A stretch of DNA of 64,000 nt from a virus: positions 64,001 through 128,000 of IMG/VR virus record IMGVR_UViG_3300022890_000014; one strand, written 5' to 3'. The position numbers and the translations under genes were made by a program. Shown here in pieces: positions 10,527 through 19,706 of this stretch (position 1 is the first letter of the stretch; every line of letters begins with the position of its first letter). The notes under the pieces are model-generated. The model was given only the letters and a program-made list of their open reading frames with translations. It ran no database searches and was not told the DNA's origin.

Positions 10527-10639
10527 TAGAATATTTGCATACATTTATTCAAGTGCGTAAGCCTTACATGTGGTATAAGAATAACAGCATATCACGAACT
10601 TAATCGCCACTATAGCCATAATCATCAACCGAGGTAATA

Positions 10640-13600
10640 ATGAACAGAACTACGGTAATTCAGAGGTACTCAGAAGCTATAGCTCCGTACTACAAGCCGC
10701 ATGGTCTTGTTGAGGTATGGGCTACAGGAAGTAAGAAAAAATGGACAAGGATAAGAATAGAGAACATCTCAGCGTGGACTGAAGCTGTAGGGAATACAGA
10801 CGTACATTGTACTCTACAGCAGTTCAAGATTCATCCAACACCATTCGAGGGAAAAGACAAGCATAGTGAGCCATACATAGCTCCGATATTCTTTGAGTTC
10901 GATGCATCAGAAAAGAGAGGGACAACACTAGAAGACTCTCGTAAGGATGCAATGAAGCTATGCACGTTCATTATAAACTCTGTCAATCCAGCCAAAGGAG
11001 TGTTGCGTATCTGGTACTCGGGGAGTCGAGGCTTCCACATTACAATAGATCCTCGTATGTTTGGCATACTACCAGACCCAGAACTACACATGTTCTACAA
11101 GGTTATTGCATTCCATTACGCAGAATTACTTAACTTGAAAACTCTAGACGAACAGGTGTATTCTGTACGAAGAACATTTAGGTTGCCAGATTCTAAGCGA
11201 AGTACTCAATGGGAGAGGGGTAAAGGAGACCTTGTAGACCAGCACAAGGTCGAGATAGAGTTCAATGAACTAGACATGATGTCTGTCGATGAGATACGAG
11301 AATTAGGAAGTGAGCCAAGAGGAGCACTATATAGTGACGAAGAGCTTGCTAGTATAGAGTTCAACCCAGACAGCACAAAATGGCTAAGGCATGCATACCA
11401 AGAGTTTCAGAATGAAAAAAGACTGAAAAACACGTCAAATAAGACTAAGGTTGTCATCAAAGCTGCTGATGACCAATCATTCCCAATATGTATAAAAGCT
11501 ATACTTGAATATGAGTTCGCAACAGACAAGCGCAATAAAGCCTGTTTGTCGTTGCTTTGTTTCCTAAATGATAGTGGTCGGTCGTATGATGACTCATGGG
11601 CTATCATTGAGGAATGGACAAGAGGTATTCCCTGGGACACTAAAAAAGAGGAAGAAAGAGTAGCAAACGCAAGAGCAATCATGCGTCGTGTGTTTACTGA
11701 AGACTCTATATACAACTTCGAGTGTCAATTTATCAGGTCGTGTGCTGGTGTTAACAACTCAAATAACGAGGTGTCAATACCATGTCTATACAACAACTGT
11801 AAGTTTGTCGAGAGTTCTGAGACAAGTTCAAGTGATGCTCCTAGAATTGAGCTTCAAGAATTCATCAGACCTGAGTACAATCGGACTCCGTGTAAGGCTT
11901 ACGCACACCTAATTGGCTTCATGGATAGAGCATTTTCTGTTCCAGCACAAGTAAGACTTAGTTGTCCTCATATTCTCAGTGATGGGAATACTCATCTTGT
12001 TCTTTGCGATACATGTGCAATGCCTAGTACTTCTGAGCAAATAAGCAGCGAAGATACACACGGGCAGGCATTGTCTAGAACAATGGAGATAAACCTCTTA
12101 CGTAATGGACTAGCCTTAATTGACGTGACATCTAAGATGAAGAAAGGGATGATACGTAGCTTGGCTGGTATTCATCCAAAGTGCCAGTCGTGGAGGATGG
12201 AAGAGGTTCAGAGTGCCACTATTAGACAGGTGATGCTTAAACCTCCATCAATTGATGAGTCGTCGTCTTCAGTATGGGATGCAGAAAGCTTTGAGGCTAA
12301 AAAGCAAGTAGGATTCCTAGCTACTAGAGAAGAAGACTCTATCTTGTCAAAAGAGAATACCGAAGTAGAGATTGTTGCTATGCCAATGGCATCACCTAAA
12401 GACCAGAGTATTCATCTTGCTATTTCTGGCATGACTAGTAGTGAGTCTGACTTAGATAAGTTTACAGTCACAGACGAGCTAAAGGAGCAACTATACTCTA
12501 TACATGCTGTAAAAGAAGGAGATACGGTAGAAGGTAAAGTCTTTGATAGAATACAGAAGATTGCATCACATATAGGTATTAGAGGAAGAGATGAGTTGAT
12601 ACTAGCAATGGACTTGGTGTTTCACTCAACTATGGCAGTAAAGCTAAGTGAGAAGGACATCGAAGAAAGAGGCTGGATGCAGTTGCTAGTCGTTGGAGAT
12701 CCAGGGCAAGGCAAGAGTAGTATCAGCAAAAGCCTCATGCGACATTACAATCTTGGACGCTCGATAGAATGTGGAGGCGCATCACGCACAGGCATCGTAT
12801 ATAGTATTGACATTACAAAGTACGGAAAAATGCTTGTTTGGGGTGTACTACCACAAGAGGATAGGCGACTGGTTGTAATAGATGAGTTCCACCAGTTAGA
12901 CGCAGAAGACCTTGAGATGATGACAGGTATGAGATCGTCAGGAATAGTAAAGGTCAATCGTATAGTTAGTGGAACAACACTATGTAGAACCAGAATGATA
13001 TTCCTTGCGAACCCTCCTGGTGATGGCAAGCTAGATGGGTACAGCTTCGGAATCAAGGCTATTAATGCGGTTATGACTAAGCAGCAAGATATACGCAGAC
13101 TTGACCTAGCTTCTATATGTAGGTCTGGTGATGTTAGCTTGGAAGATCTTAATAAGGTCTCTACAGATGGAGACTACGGAGAATATGAACCAAACTCTTG
13201 CAAGAACCTAATCTTATGGGCATGGACAAGGAAGACAGAACATATCAAATGGACTGAGCAGGCTGTTACTACTCTGATGAAGCAGTCTATTGATATAGCT
13301 AGATGGCTTGAGTGCGACATATCACTTGCAGAAGGTAGCGACATGAGATTCAGGCTTGCTAGGATAGCTCAGTCTGTTGCAGCCATGTGCTACTCATCTG
13401 ATTCCGAAGGCGAGAACCTTTGGATAAAACCAGAACATGTTGAGTTCGCAGCAGATGTATTTGTGCAATTGTCTACATCTGTTGGCAAAATGAACCTTCA
13501 TGTATATGCAAAGTCGTGGCAAGCAAGAAACACACTAACCGACAAGCAAAGAGAGGACTTAGGCAGAACACTAACTGGTAATACATGGTTCTTGGTGTTC

Positions 13601-13867
13601 TGTGATCACATGCTAACTCACGACTTCTTTCGCAAGGAAGATGTATCTGTATTGGTCGATATGGACGTTGAAGACTTTAAGGAGCTATGGAAGTTCCTTA
13701 TCCGTTCAAACATGATAGAACAAGCTAAGGGCGGCAGAGGATTCAGAAAGAACCCTAAGTTCACCCTGTGGCTAGGAGAACATATAAAAGGGATGAAGCC
13801 AGAAGAAATATCTAACTCTGTAACTCTTTCTGGAGATCAGTATCTTGGTGATGCTGAGTATGAATGA
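10640..13867 (+). CDS. AEP primase - MCM-like AAA+ helicase fusion
   Basis: AEP motifs FFEFD, SGSRGFH, LDEQVY..RRTFRLP; Cys-rich PriL/PriCT-like region; MCM-like GDPGQGKS, VIDEF, FLANP, RRLDL. Confidence 0.85.
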   Translation: MNRTTVIQRYSEAIAPYYKPHGLVEVWATGSKKKWTRIRIENISAWTEAVGNTDVHCTLQQFKIHPTPFEGKDKHSEPYIAPIFFEFDASEKRGTTLEDSRKDAMKLCTFIINSVNPAKGVLRIWYSGSRGFHITIDPRMFGILPDPELHMFYKVIAFHYAELLNLKTLDEQVYSVRRTFRLPDSKRSTQWERGKGDLVDQHKVEIEFNELDMMSVDEIRELGSEPRGALYSDEELASIEFNPDSTKWLRHAYQEFQNEKRLKNTSNKTKVVIKAADDQSFPICIKAILEYEFATDKRNKACLSLLCFLNDSGRSYDDSWAIIEEWTRGIPWDTKKEEERVANARAIMRRVFTEDSIYNFECQFIRSCAGVNNSNNEVSIPCLYNNCKFVESSETSSSDAPRIELQEFIRPEYNRTPCKAYAHLIGFMDRAFSVPAQVRLSCPHILSDGNTHLVLCDTCAMPSTSEQISSEDTHGQALSRTMEINLLRNGLALIDVTSKMKKGMIRSLAGIHPKCQSWRMEEVQSATIRQVMLKPPSIDESSSSVWDAESFEAKKQVGFLATREEDSILSKENTEVEIVAMPMASPKDQSIHLAISGMTSSESDLDKFTVTDELKEQLYSIHAVKEGDTVEGKVFDRIQKIASHIGIRGRDELILAMDLVFHSTMAVKLSEKDIEERGWMQLLVVGDPGQGKSSISKSLMRHYNLGRSIECGGASRTGIVYSIDITKYGKMLVWGVLPQEDRRLVVIDEFHQLDAEDLEMMTGMRSSGIVKVNRIVSGTTLCRTRMIFLANPPGDGKLDGYSFGIKAINAVMTKQQDIRRLDLASICRSGDVSLEDLNKVSTDGDYGEYEPNSCKNLILWAWTRKTEHIKWTEQAVTTLMKQSIDIARWLECDISLAEGSDMRFRLARIAQSVAAMCYSSDSEGENLWIKPEHVEFAADVFVQLSTSVGKMNLHVYAKSWQARNTLTDKQREDLGRTLTGNTWFLVFCDHMLTHDFFRKEDVSVLVDMDVEDFKELWKFLIRSNMIEQAKGGRGFRKNPKFTLWLGEHIKGMKPEEISNSVTLSGDQYLGDAEYE

Positions 13868-13884
13868 TAGGTGTAAAATTCCTA

Positions 13885-13913
13885 TTGACTTAATCACTAC
13901 GATGTGAGATAGT
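13885..13913 (+). promoter_or_regulatory. sigma70-like promoter
   Basis: TTGACT-N17-GATAGT. Confidence 0.35.
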
Positions 13914-13926
13914 GCCTGTTGGTACT

Positions 13927-13964
13927 AAGAGCAAGGTGTACCAGATATATCTTGCTCTTTTTTT
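13927..13964 (+). terminator. rho-independent terminator
   Basis: AAGAGCAAG...CTTGCTCTT stem followed by a T run. Confidence 0.65.
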
Positions 13965-14040
13965 AATGCGTAAGAAGTATCATGTAAGTATCATGTAAGT
14001 ATTACTTACGTAAGGCTTACGCAAACAATTGGAGAAGGTA

Positions 14041-15270
14041 ATGAGCAAAGAAGTTATTGATAAGAACAAAAAAGAGTTTAGTGAGGCTGTTATGAATAAT
14101 GATAGGCTAAAGATTGCCGAACTGACTAAAGGCGACAAAGAGATTGAAGTCAGCAGCATGTTCGATGATGACGAAGAGATTGAGATTTCTGGAGATCTCG
14201 GTGTTACGAATCCAGATGAATACAGAGAGATGGCTGCGGAGCTAACCAAAGGTACAACCCATAAGAAAGTCAACGATTCAGATTTAATGAAGGATCAGAG
14301 AGTAATCAACCTACTCACAGAAAAGATCCCAGAAGTTGGAGGACTGTACAAAGAGTATCCAGAAGACTTCAGCATGAAGGATGTCATCTCAGAAACAATG
14401 AAGCTTATCTTCTTGACCGCTGGCATGGCTAAAGAGTCCGGTATCTCACTTGGTGCTATCGAAAACGATTCTGAAAGTCTCAGCAGATTCGTTGGCACGA
14501 TCTCTGACGAAATACAAGAACGACTAAACATCTATCGCCCAGCAGGAAAAGATGCTGCCAGAATCCGCATGGGTGAGTGGCTTGTGTCAAACTCTGACAA
14601 TCAAGTTATGTTTGTCAATGCTTTGTCTGGTTTTCCCGATGGAAGCTTGGCTTATATTATAGCTGGAGCAAACGAAGAGTTCGTTACTCTTGAAATCGAT
14701 CCTGATGTTGTTGGCCTGTATTCCTTCTATGGTGAGAATGGATTCAGCAAAAACATTAAACCAGACCAGAAACAACTCAAGCCCGCTATCTTTATTAAGA
14801 GATGGGATGAGATTCTTGAGTACGGATTCTGCCTAACAAAGAGAGTCGATCTTGTTGACGGTATGCATCCAGAAGCTTCTACTCCAGAAGAAAACAAAAG
14901 AGGTGCTGTTAGTTATCCTGAAGTAGCACCAGGAGCAGAAGCAGGTTCTATCGTGTATCCAGAGAGTCTTCTTCCTACAGAGCCTATTCTTAAGAAGAAA
15001 ATGGAGAGTGACTTCAATGACCTCTCTTCAGAAGATAAAAACAAAATTGCAACGCTATCTCTAACGGATGGAAATTCTGCTATTGAGATATGTGTCAGAA
15101 ATAATGTCGATCCAAGCTCGTTTGTCAGAGCCATGTCTCAGAATGGGTACAGCATCGATAAAGAACACGGTGTGTTTGTGACAACTCCTGCTGAAGCACC
15201 TGTTGTCGATGAAACACCAGAAGACAACACAGGCAACGCACTTAGCTCTATGATGAACTTCATGGGATAG
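14041..15270 (+). CDS. hypothetical acidic protein
   Basis: Long ORF; GGAGAAGG upstream of ATG 14041. Confidence 0.8.
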   Translation: MSKEVIDKNKKEFSEAVMNNDRLKIAELTKGDKEIEVSSMFDDDEEIEISGDLGVTNPDEYREMAAELTKGTTHKKVNDSDLMKDQRVINLLTEKIPEVGGLYKEYPEDFSMKDVISETMKLIFLTAGMAKESGISLGAIENDSESLSRFVGTISDEIQERLNIYRPAGKDAARIRMGEWLVSNSDNQVMFVNALSGFPDGSLAYIIAGANEEFVTLEIDPDVVGLYSFYGENGFSKNIKPDQKQLKPAIFIKRWDEILEYGFCLTKRVDLVDGMHPEASTPEENKRGAVSYPEVAPGAEAGSIVYPESLLPTEPILKKKMESDFNDLSSEDKNKIATLSLTDGNSAIEICVRNNVDPSSFVRAMSQNGYSIDKEHGVFVTTPAEAPVVDETPEDNTGNALSSMMNFMG

Positions 15271-15309
15271 ATTAACTACCTCTTCACACAAAACACGGAG
15301 AAATAAAAG

Positions 15310-16209
15310 ATGAGTACAGGATCTCCAGAATACTTTCAGGTTCCAGTAGAAGGAGAGGTGGTTGATAGGTTAGCTGGCATAGCTTCTGATCTAAACCTTC
15401 CTGATGTAGCCTCTATTGTTAACGGAATATTGAAGGAAAAAATCTTTCAGATCACTGGTGAGAATCTAGCTAAACCAGTGGTTCAAAAACCAAGCGTAAG
15501 CCTTACGCAACCACAAAATCCCTCTGTCGATGTTATGAATCTAGCAGATGAGCTTATTGCTGCTTCATCGAATGATGGGATGCTCAGTAACTCTCTCGGT
15601 CCATCACTGAATAGTGAAGCCACTCTAAACGATCTTCCTAGTTCACTACAGAAGCAAGCGGCTACTTACGTTGCACCTGCTCCTACTCCAAATGACAACC
15701 AGGTAAATACTCAGGATAGCGAAATAAAGAACATGTTGATGTCTCTATCAAATGAAATCAGGACAATTGGAAGTAGAGTAGAGTCGATTGAAGGAGCACA
15801 GAAACCTGTCCCTTTCGTCCAAGCGGGGAAAAAATCTTCTAGACCTGAAGATTCTCCGCATTGGAGAGCCGATGGTGTTCCCCCAGGTTTGTATCCAAGA
15901 TGCGCAGAGACATTTGTGATGGACCCAACGGTTAAACCTGCTACAAGCGATAGATGCACTCCGTATACTCAGGTAAACAATGCCGAAGGTAGATCTATTC
16001 ATAGATTCCTTGGCTGGAGAAGCCCACCAAAGAAGACACAAGGAAGACAGGCTGCACCTGTTGTTAACCATAAGCTTCCACCTTCCATAAGGGAGGCCCC
16101 TGTAGCATGGCATCACTCTTCGATGTTTCCAGATCATAAATCTACCCAGGTAGAGTATCCCACTGATGACAAGAAGGGTAAACGAAGAATTTTCATTAGT
16201 CCTGGTTGA
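15310..16209 (+). CDS. hypothetical protein, possible N-terminal RHH-like segment
   Basis: GGAG RBS; contains an in-frame palindrome (SVSLTQ). Confidence 0.75.
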   Translation: MSTGSPEYFQVPVEGEVVDRLAGIASDLNLPDVASIVNGILKEKIFQITGENLAKPVVQKPSVSLTQPQNPSVDVMNLADELIAASSNDGMLSNSLGPSLNSEATLNDLPSSLQKQAATYVAPAPTPNDNQVNTQDSEIKNMLMSLSNEIRTIGSRVESIEGAQKPVPFVQAGKKSSRPEDSPHWRADGVPPGLYPRCAETFVMDPTVKPATSDRCTPYTQVNNAEGRSIHRFLGWRSPPKKTQGRQAAPVVNHKLPPSIREAPVAWHHSSMFPDHKSTQVEYPTDDKKGKRRIFISPG

Positions 16210-16284
16210 TGACTATGAGAAATCTGGTATAAGTCTTCTGTAAGTGTTAGTCATATTAATTGCTAATTTGGAGAAGAAAAAAGC

Positions 16285-17703
16285 ATGCTGATGATTATTC
16301 GCAAGGAAGCCCAGAGGGCCAACCACATTAGAATTGGTGTACCTTCTGGGCAAGAGGTTGCTTCTACCAGAGTCAAAGGTAAGAAAGCTGCAATCAAGAA
16401 GCTTCCATTCTTTCAGTTCTGCAACACCGTAAGAAACGACCAGGGGTACTATGACCTTGACCATGAGATGCACGAAAAGATTGGTCCAGAGCCAGAGAGT
16501 TTTGGTCCTGTCTTTCTGACAAGCGACCATATCCATGAGTGTATCGAGTCTGGGTTTAGCTTTTGGAAAGGCCCAGGAGGAAAAGGAAAGCTATTTTGTG
16601 GTCGAGCCCTTAGTGTTTTCGACGAGGGTGTTATTCGCACTGGTAATGCCTCAAGAAGAAGAGGTGAAGACTTCTTTGACTTTGAATGTAATGCAAATGA
16701 ATGCCCTGACTTCAAAAGTGGTTCATGCGGCATCTTCACTAAGTACAAGTTTTTCCATCCAGAAACAATACGGTTTGGCGAGTGTGACATGACTATAAAG
16801 TCATACCGTGGAATGGGAGCAATGATAGGTTTCCTTTCTACCATCATGTCTACCGGACTATTCAAGATTGATGTTGAAAGAGGCATCATACATGGTCTCT
16901 CTAAGATACCAATCATGTTTGAGATGAGAGGAATGACCATTACTAACAATGGATACACCTCTAAGGCTTGGTATCCAACACCAGTTGTCTACAATGATAC
17001 AAAAAAGCCAGCACTACTTCTCGTAAAGAGTATAGCGGAAAGTATTGTAAAGCAGACCCAAAACCTGCTGGGTCCAGTAGTCTCCAATCAAGTAAGAATG
17101 ATTGAGGGAATCAAGTCAAATGAGAACATTGATCTTGAAGACTTCCTAGAGGTTATAGATGAGCCAGATAAAAAAGATAAAAAAACCCTTGACTATCCTC
17201 AAGAATCTGATAAGGTAAGTAAAGAGTTAGCTGATGCAGACAGAGCAATCAAGGAACAGCAGAATATAGAAGCAGCCAACATCAGTGCTCAAAAACTCAG
17301 AGATATGCAGGCCCCACAAGCAGCAGTCGAACAAGTTGTTCCAGAACCAGTGAAAACAGTAGCTCCTATACCAACACCAAGCGAGCCAACACCTGAACCA
17401 CAACAAGAGCAAGAATCAACACAGGAAGGTTTTCATATCTTCTCTGCTAACAATCAAGAGGGGACTATTAATAGATACCTTCTTGATCAATTAGAGAGTA
17501 GATTCATCCTGAAGGCAACATCAAAAGAGCATGGAACAATATCTGTTCTTTCTTGGGGTCCAAATCGCACAGAAATTGACATAGCCCTCTCTTCAAAGGA
17601 ACTTGCAGACAGGTTCGAGAAGTCAGGATGGAAGATTCCGAAGCTATTCTTTATGGCTGATGGCAGAGGACTTGACGTAGCATACGAGAAGTTGAGCAAA
17701 TGA
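16285..17703 (+). CDS. Gp3-like / recombination-directionality-factor-like phage protein
   Basis: IRIG..K.LPFF, GPEP, W.G.GG...C, C..ECP....CG and IPI.F pattern resembles the Gp3-like family; Pro/Gln-rich linker. Confidence 0.55.
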   Translation: MLMIIRKEAQRANHIRIGVPSGQEVASTRVKGKKAAIKKLPFFQFCNTVRNDQGYYDLDHEMHEKIGPEPESFGPVFLTSDHIHECIESGFSFWKGPGGKGKLFCGRALSVFDEGVIRTGNASRRRGEDFFDFECNANECPDFKSGSCGIFTKYKFFHPETIRFGECDMTIKSYRGMGAMIGFLSTIMSTGLFKIDVERGIIHGLSKIPIMFEMRGMTITNNGYTSKAWYPTPVVYNDTKKPALLLVKSIAESIVKQTQNLLGPVVSNQVRMIEGIKSNENIDLEDFLEVIDEPDKKDKKTLDYPQESDKVSKELADADRAIKEQQNIEAANISAQKLRDMQAPQAAVEQVVPEPVKTVAPIPTPSEPTPEPQQEQESTQEGFHIFSANNQEGTINRYLLDQLESRFILKATSKEHGTISVLSWGPNRTEIDIALSSKELADRFEKSGWKIPKLFFMADGRGLDVAYEKLSK

Positions 17704-17954
17704 CAAGAACAGGAAAATTGGTACAAGATACTCGCAAGAAAAGAATTTTGAAAGTAGAGTGTGCCAATTCGACTGTTATCATTATTGGCGCTAATGATAA
17801 CATCGCAAACATCCTAGAAGGTGGAGCCTTGGTTGACGGTAAAGCGCCTATGCAATTGCGTTGCATACATGAAATAGATTGGGTTGAAGGAGAAATCAAC
17901 CTAATCAGTAAGAAGAAACTGTTTCCTCCAGTTCTAAACGAAGAGGTTGCGTAA
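17700..17954 (+). CDS. hypothetical protein
   Basis: ATGA-coupled; stop codon lies in a palindrome. Confidence 0.65.
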   Translation: MTRTGKLVQDTRKKRILKVECANSTVIIIGANDNIANILEGGALVDGKAPMQLRCIHEIDWVEGEINLISKKKLFPPVLNEEVA

Positions 17955-17985
17955 GCCTTACGCACCAATAACGGAGAAGTCTAGA

Positions 17986-19620
17986 ATGACAATCGCTAAG
18001 AAAATCCTAACCACATGCACCCCCGAACAATTGATTATCGTCAGCAACATTAAGTCCGGTGAACTCAAAAACGTCGAGAGCCTTGGCCGCACGATGCTGC
18101 CACCCACGGGACAGAAGGTTCCACTGCTTGTTTTCCAGGTTGCTGATGATCTCAAAGTCATCTATGCTGCTCTTAAAGAAAGAGGGGTTGAACTAGAAGA
18201 TCTCTTGGTAGAACTCAAAGATCTCGATAAAGAGACCGAGAAGACCGACTACGAAGAGTTAGAACGTATGATTGAGGGTGTCCGAGCTAATATAAAATTG
18301 ATGGAACAAGACCTCGAAATCCTTGAAGAAGTGGAAGACCCCGAAAATACCTACCGTATTGTTGATGGTCATCGCCGCTTCACCGCTGGTGTCTTCATTG
18401 GTCTCTCAAGCTTCGATATTATCATCCATCCCGCAGAAGCCGACCCATCAAAGGTCATCACTGACCAGATGATTTTGGGTATGCAACAAGAAACCCTGTC
18501 AAAACTCGACGAAGCCCGTACCTACCGCAACCTTCGCAGCTTAGGCAAAACACAAGACGAAATCATCAAAGATACTGGTAATGCCGTTAAGCGTTCCACT
18601 ATCCTTCAGCGTGGCAAAATCCTCGACGTTTATGAAAGAGTTGAGCAGTTCCCACAAGCTAACGAAGAAGCTAGCGTCTTCCTCGATGCAATCGATAACG
18701 ATTCTTTCAAAGTCCAGATTCTCACCAAAATGGGTCAGTATCTCGAAGAAGATGATGTCGCCGATTCTGGCTGGTTGTGGATGATTGAACTCGCTAACAC
18801 AGGCGTTTCCGGTGAAAACTTCGCCACACAATGCAACGATAAATTCGGTGCAAAAGCTGGCCCGACCTCAACTGCAAAGAGCACTGAAGAAGGTGGAATC
18901 AAGACCGCTGGTGGTGTTCGTAAACGCAATGCTTCTGAAATCGAAAAGACATGCAAGTTCTGGCAAAACCTCGCAACCGCCGGACTCGAAAACAGAGCCG
19001 AAAAAGGAGATGCCTGTAATATCTCCAAGATCGATCAGGCTCGCGTCGAGTACGCTGCTTTGCAAGCAGAATGCGATCTCGGTGGAGAAGAGCCTCCAGT
19101 ACCCGAAAGCTTCAAGAAAGCTGCTGAGTACATGAAGAAGCAAGAAAAAGCTGCTGAAGTCAAAGACAAGGAAGCTAAGGCCGCTCTTAAGACCGAAGCA
19201 TCGAAAGAAAAGAAAGAAGCCGCCTCTGCTGAGAAAGAGAAGAAAAAACTCATTATCGATGAGTTCAAGAATCTCTACAAGCTTGATGTCAAAGCTGTCG
19301 AAACCACAATCAAGGCAAACAACGCCAAGATTACCAAGCTCAACGAAAAGATCACAACAGAGAAAGATGAAACCAAACTCAAGAGAGCAACTGGGGAACT
19401 CGAAAAAGCAGTGAATATGCAACTTGTCTTAGACAAGAAGCTTGCTAGCGCTAAAGAGTCTCACGAAGCGTCTAAACCCGAATGGCTGAAAGAAGACGAA
19501 GCCAAGAAGGAAAAAGCCAGAATCGAACGTGAAGCCAAGAAAGCTGACGAAGCTCTCGAAGCTGCCTCTAAGCCAGTCGTCGTCGAAGCTCCAGAAGCTC
19601 CAGAAGCTCCAGTCGAATAA
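17986..19620 (+). CDS. ParB-like protein (ParB/Srx domain, HTH, K/E/A-rich C-terminal tail)
   Basis: YRIVDGHRRFTA (GxxRxxA); LSKLDEARTYRNLRSLGKTQDEI HTH-like; GGAG before ATG 17986. Confidence 0.8.
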   Translation: MTIAKKILTTCTPEQLIIVSNIKSGELKNVESLGRTMLPPTGQKVPLLVFQVADDLKVIYAALKERGVELEDLLVELKDLDKETEKTDYEELERMIEGVRANIKLMEQDLEILEEVEDPENTYRIVDGHRRFTAGVFIGLSSFDIIIHPAEADPSKVITDQMILGMQQETLSKLDEARTYRNLRSLGKTQDEIIKDTGNAVKRSTILQRGKILDVYERVEQFPQANEEASVFLDAIDNDSFKVQILTKMGQYLEEDDVADSGWLWMIELANTGVSGENFATQCNDKFGAKAGPTSTAKSTEEGGIKTAGGVRKRNASEIEKTCKFWQNLATAGLENRAEKGDACNISKIDQARVEYAALQAECDLGGEEPPVPESFKKAAEYMKKQEKAAEVKDKEAKAALKTEASKEKKEAASAEKEKKKLIIDEFKNLYKLDVKAVETTIKANNAKITKLNEKITTEKDETKLKRATGELEKAVNMQLVLDKKLASAKESHEASKPEWLKEDEAKKEKARIEREAKKADEALEAASKPVVVEAPEAPEAPVE

Positions 19621-19666
19621 GTTTGTACTAGCCAATGGCTAGTTGGTTCTAGAAACAGCAAAGAAG

Positions 19667-19695
19667 AGGGCGGTCCACATGGTCGCCCTTTTTTT
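19667..19695 (+). terminator. rho-independent terminator
   Basis: AGGGCG...CGCCCT stem plus T run. Confidence 0.8.
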
Positions 19696-19706
19696 ATGGG
19701 GATGTA

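Noticed and set aside
10640-13867. Archaeal host inferred from AEP/MCM
   Set aside because: Sigma70- and sigma54-type promoters, intrinsic terminators and GroES/UvrD/YhaM-like genes point to a bacterial host.
18868-19422. Long antisense ORFs opposite the ParB-like and capsid genes (also 50843-51346, 55584-56048)
   Set aside because: Expected shadow ORFs of strongly codon-biased genes; no RBS or recognisable motifs.
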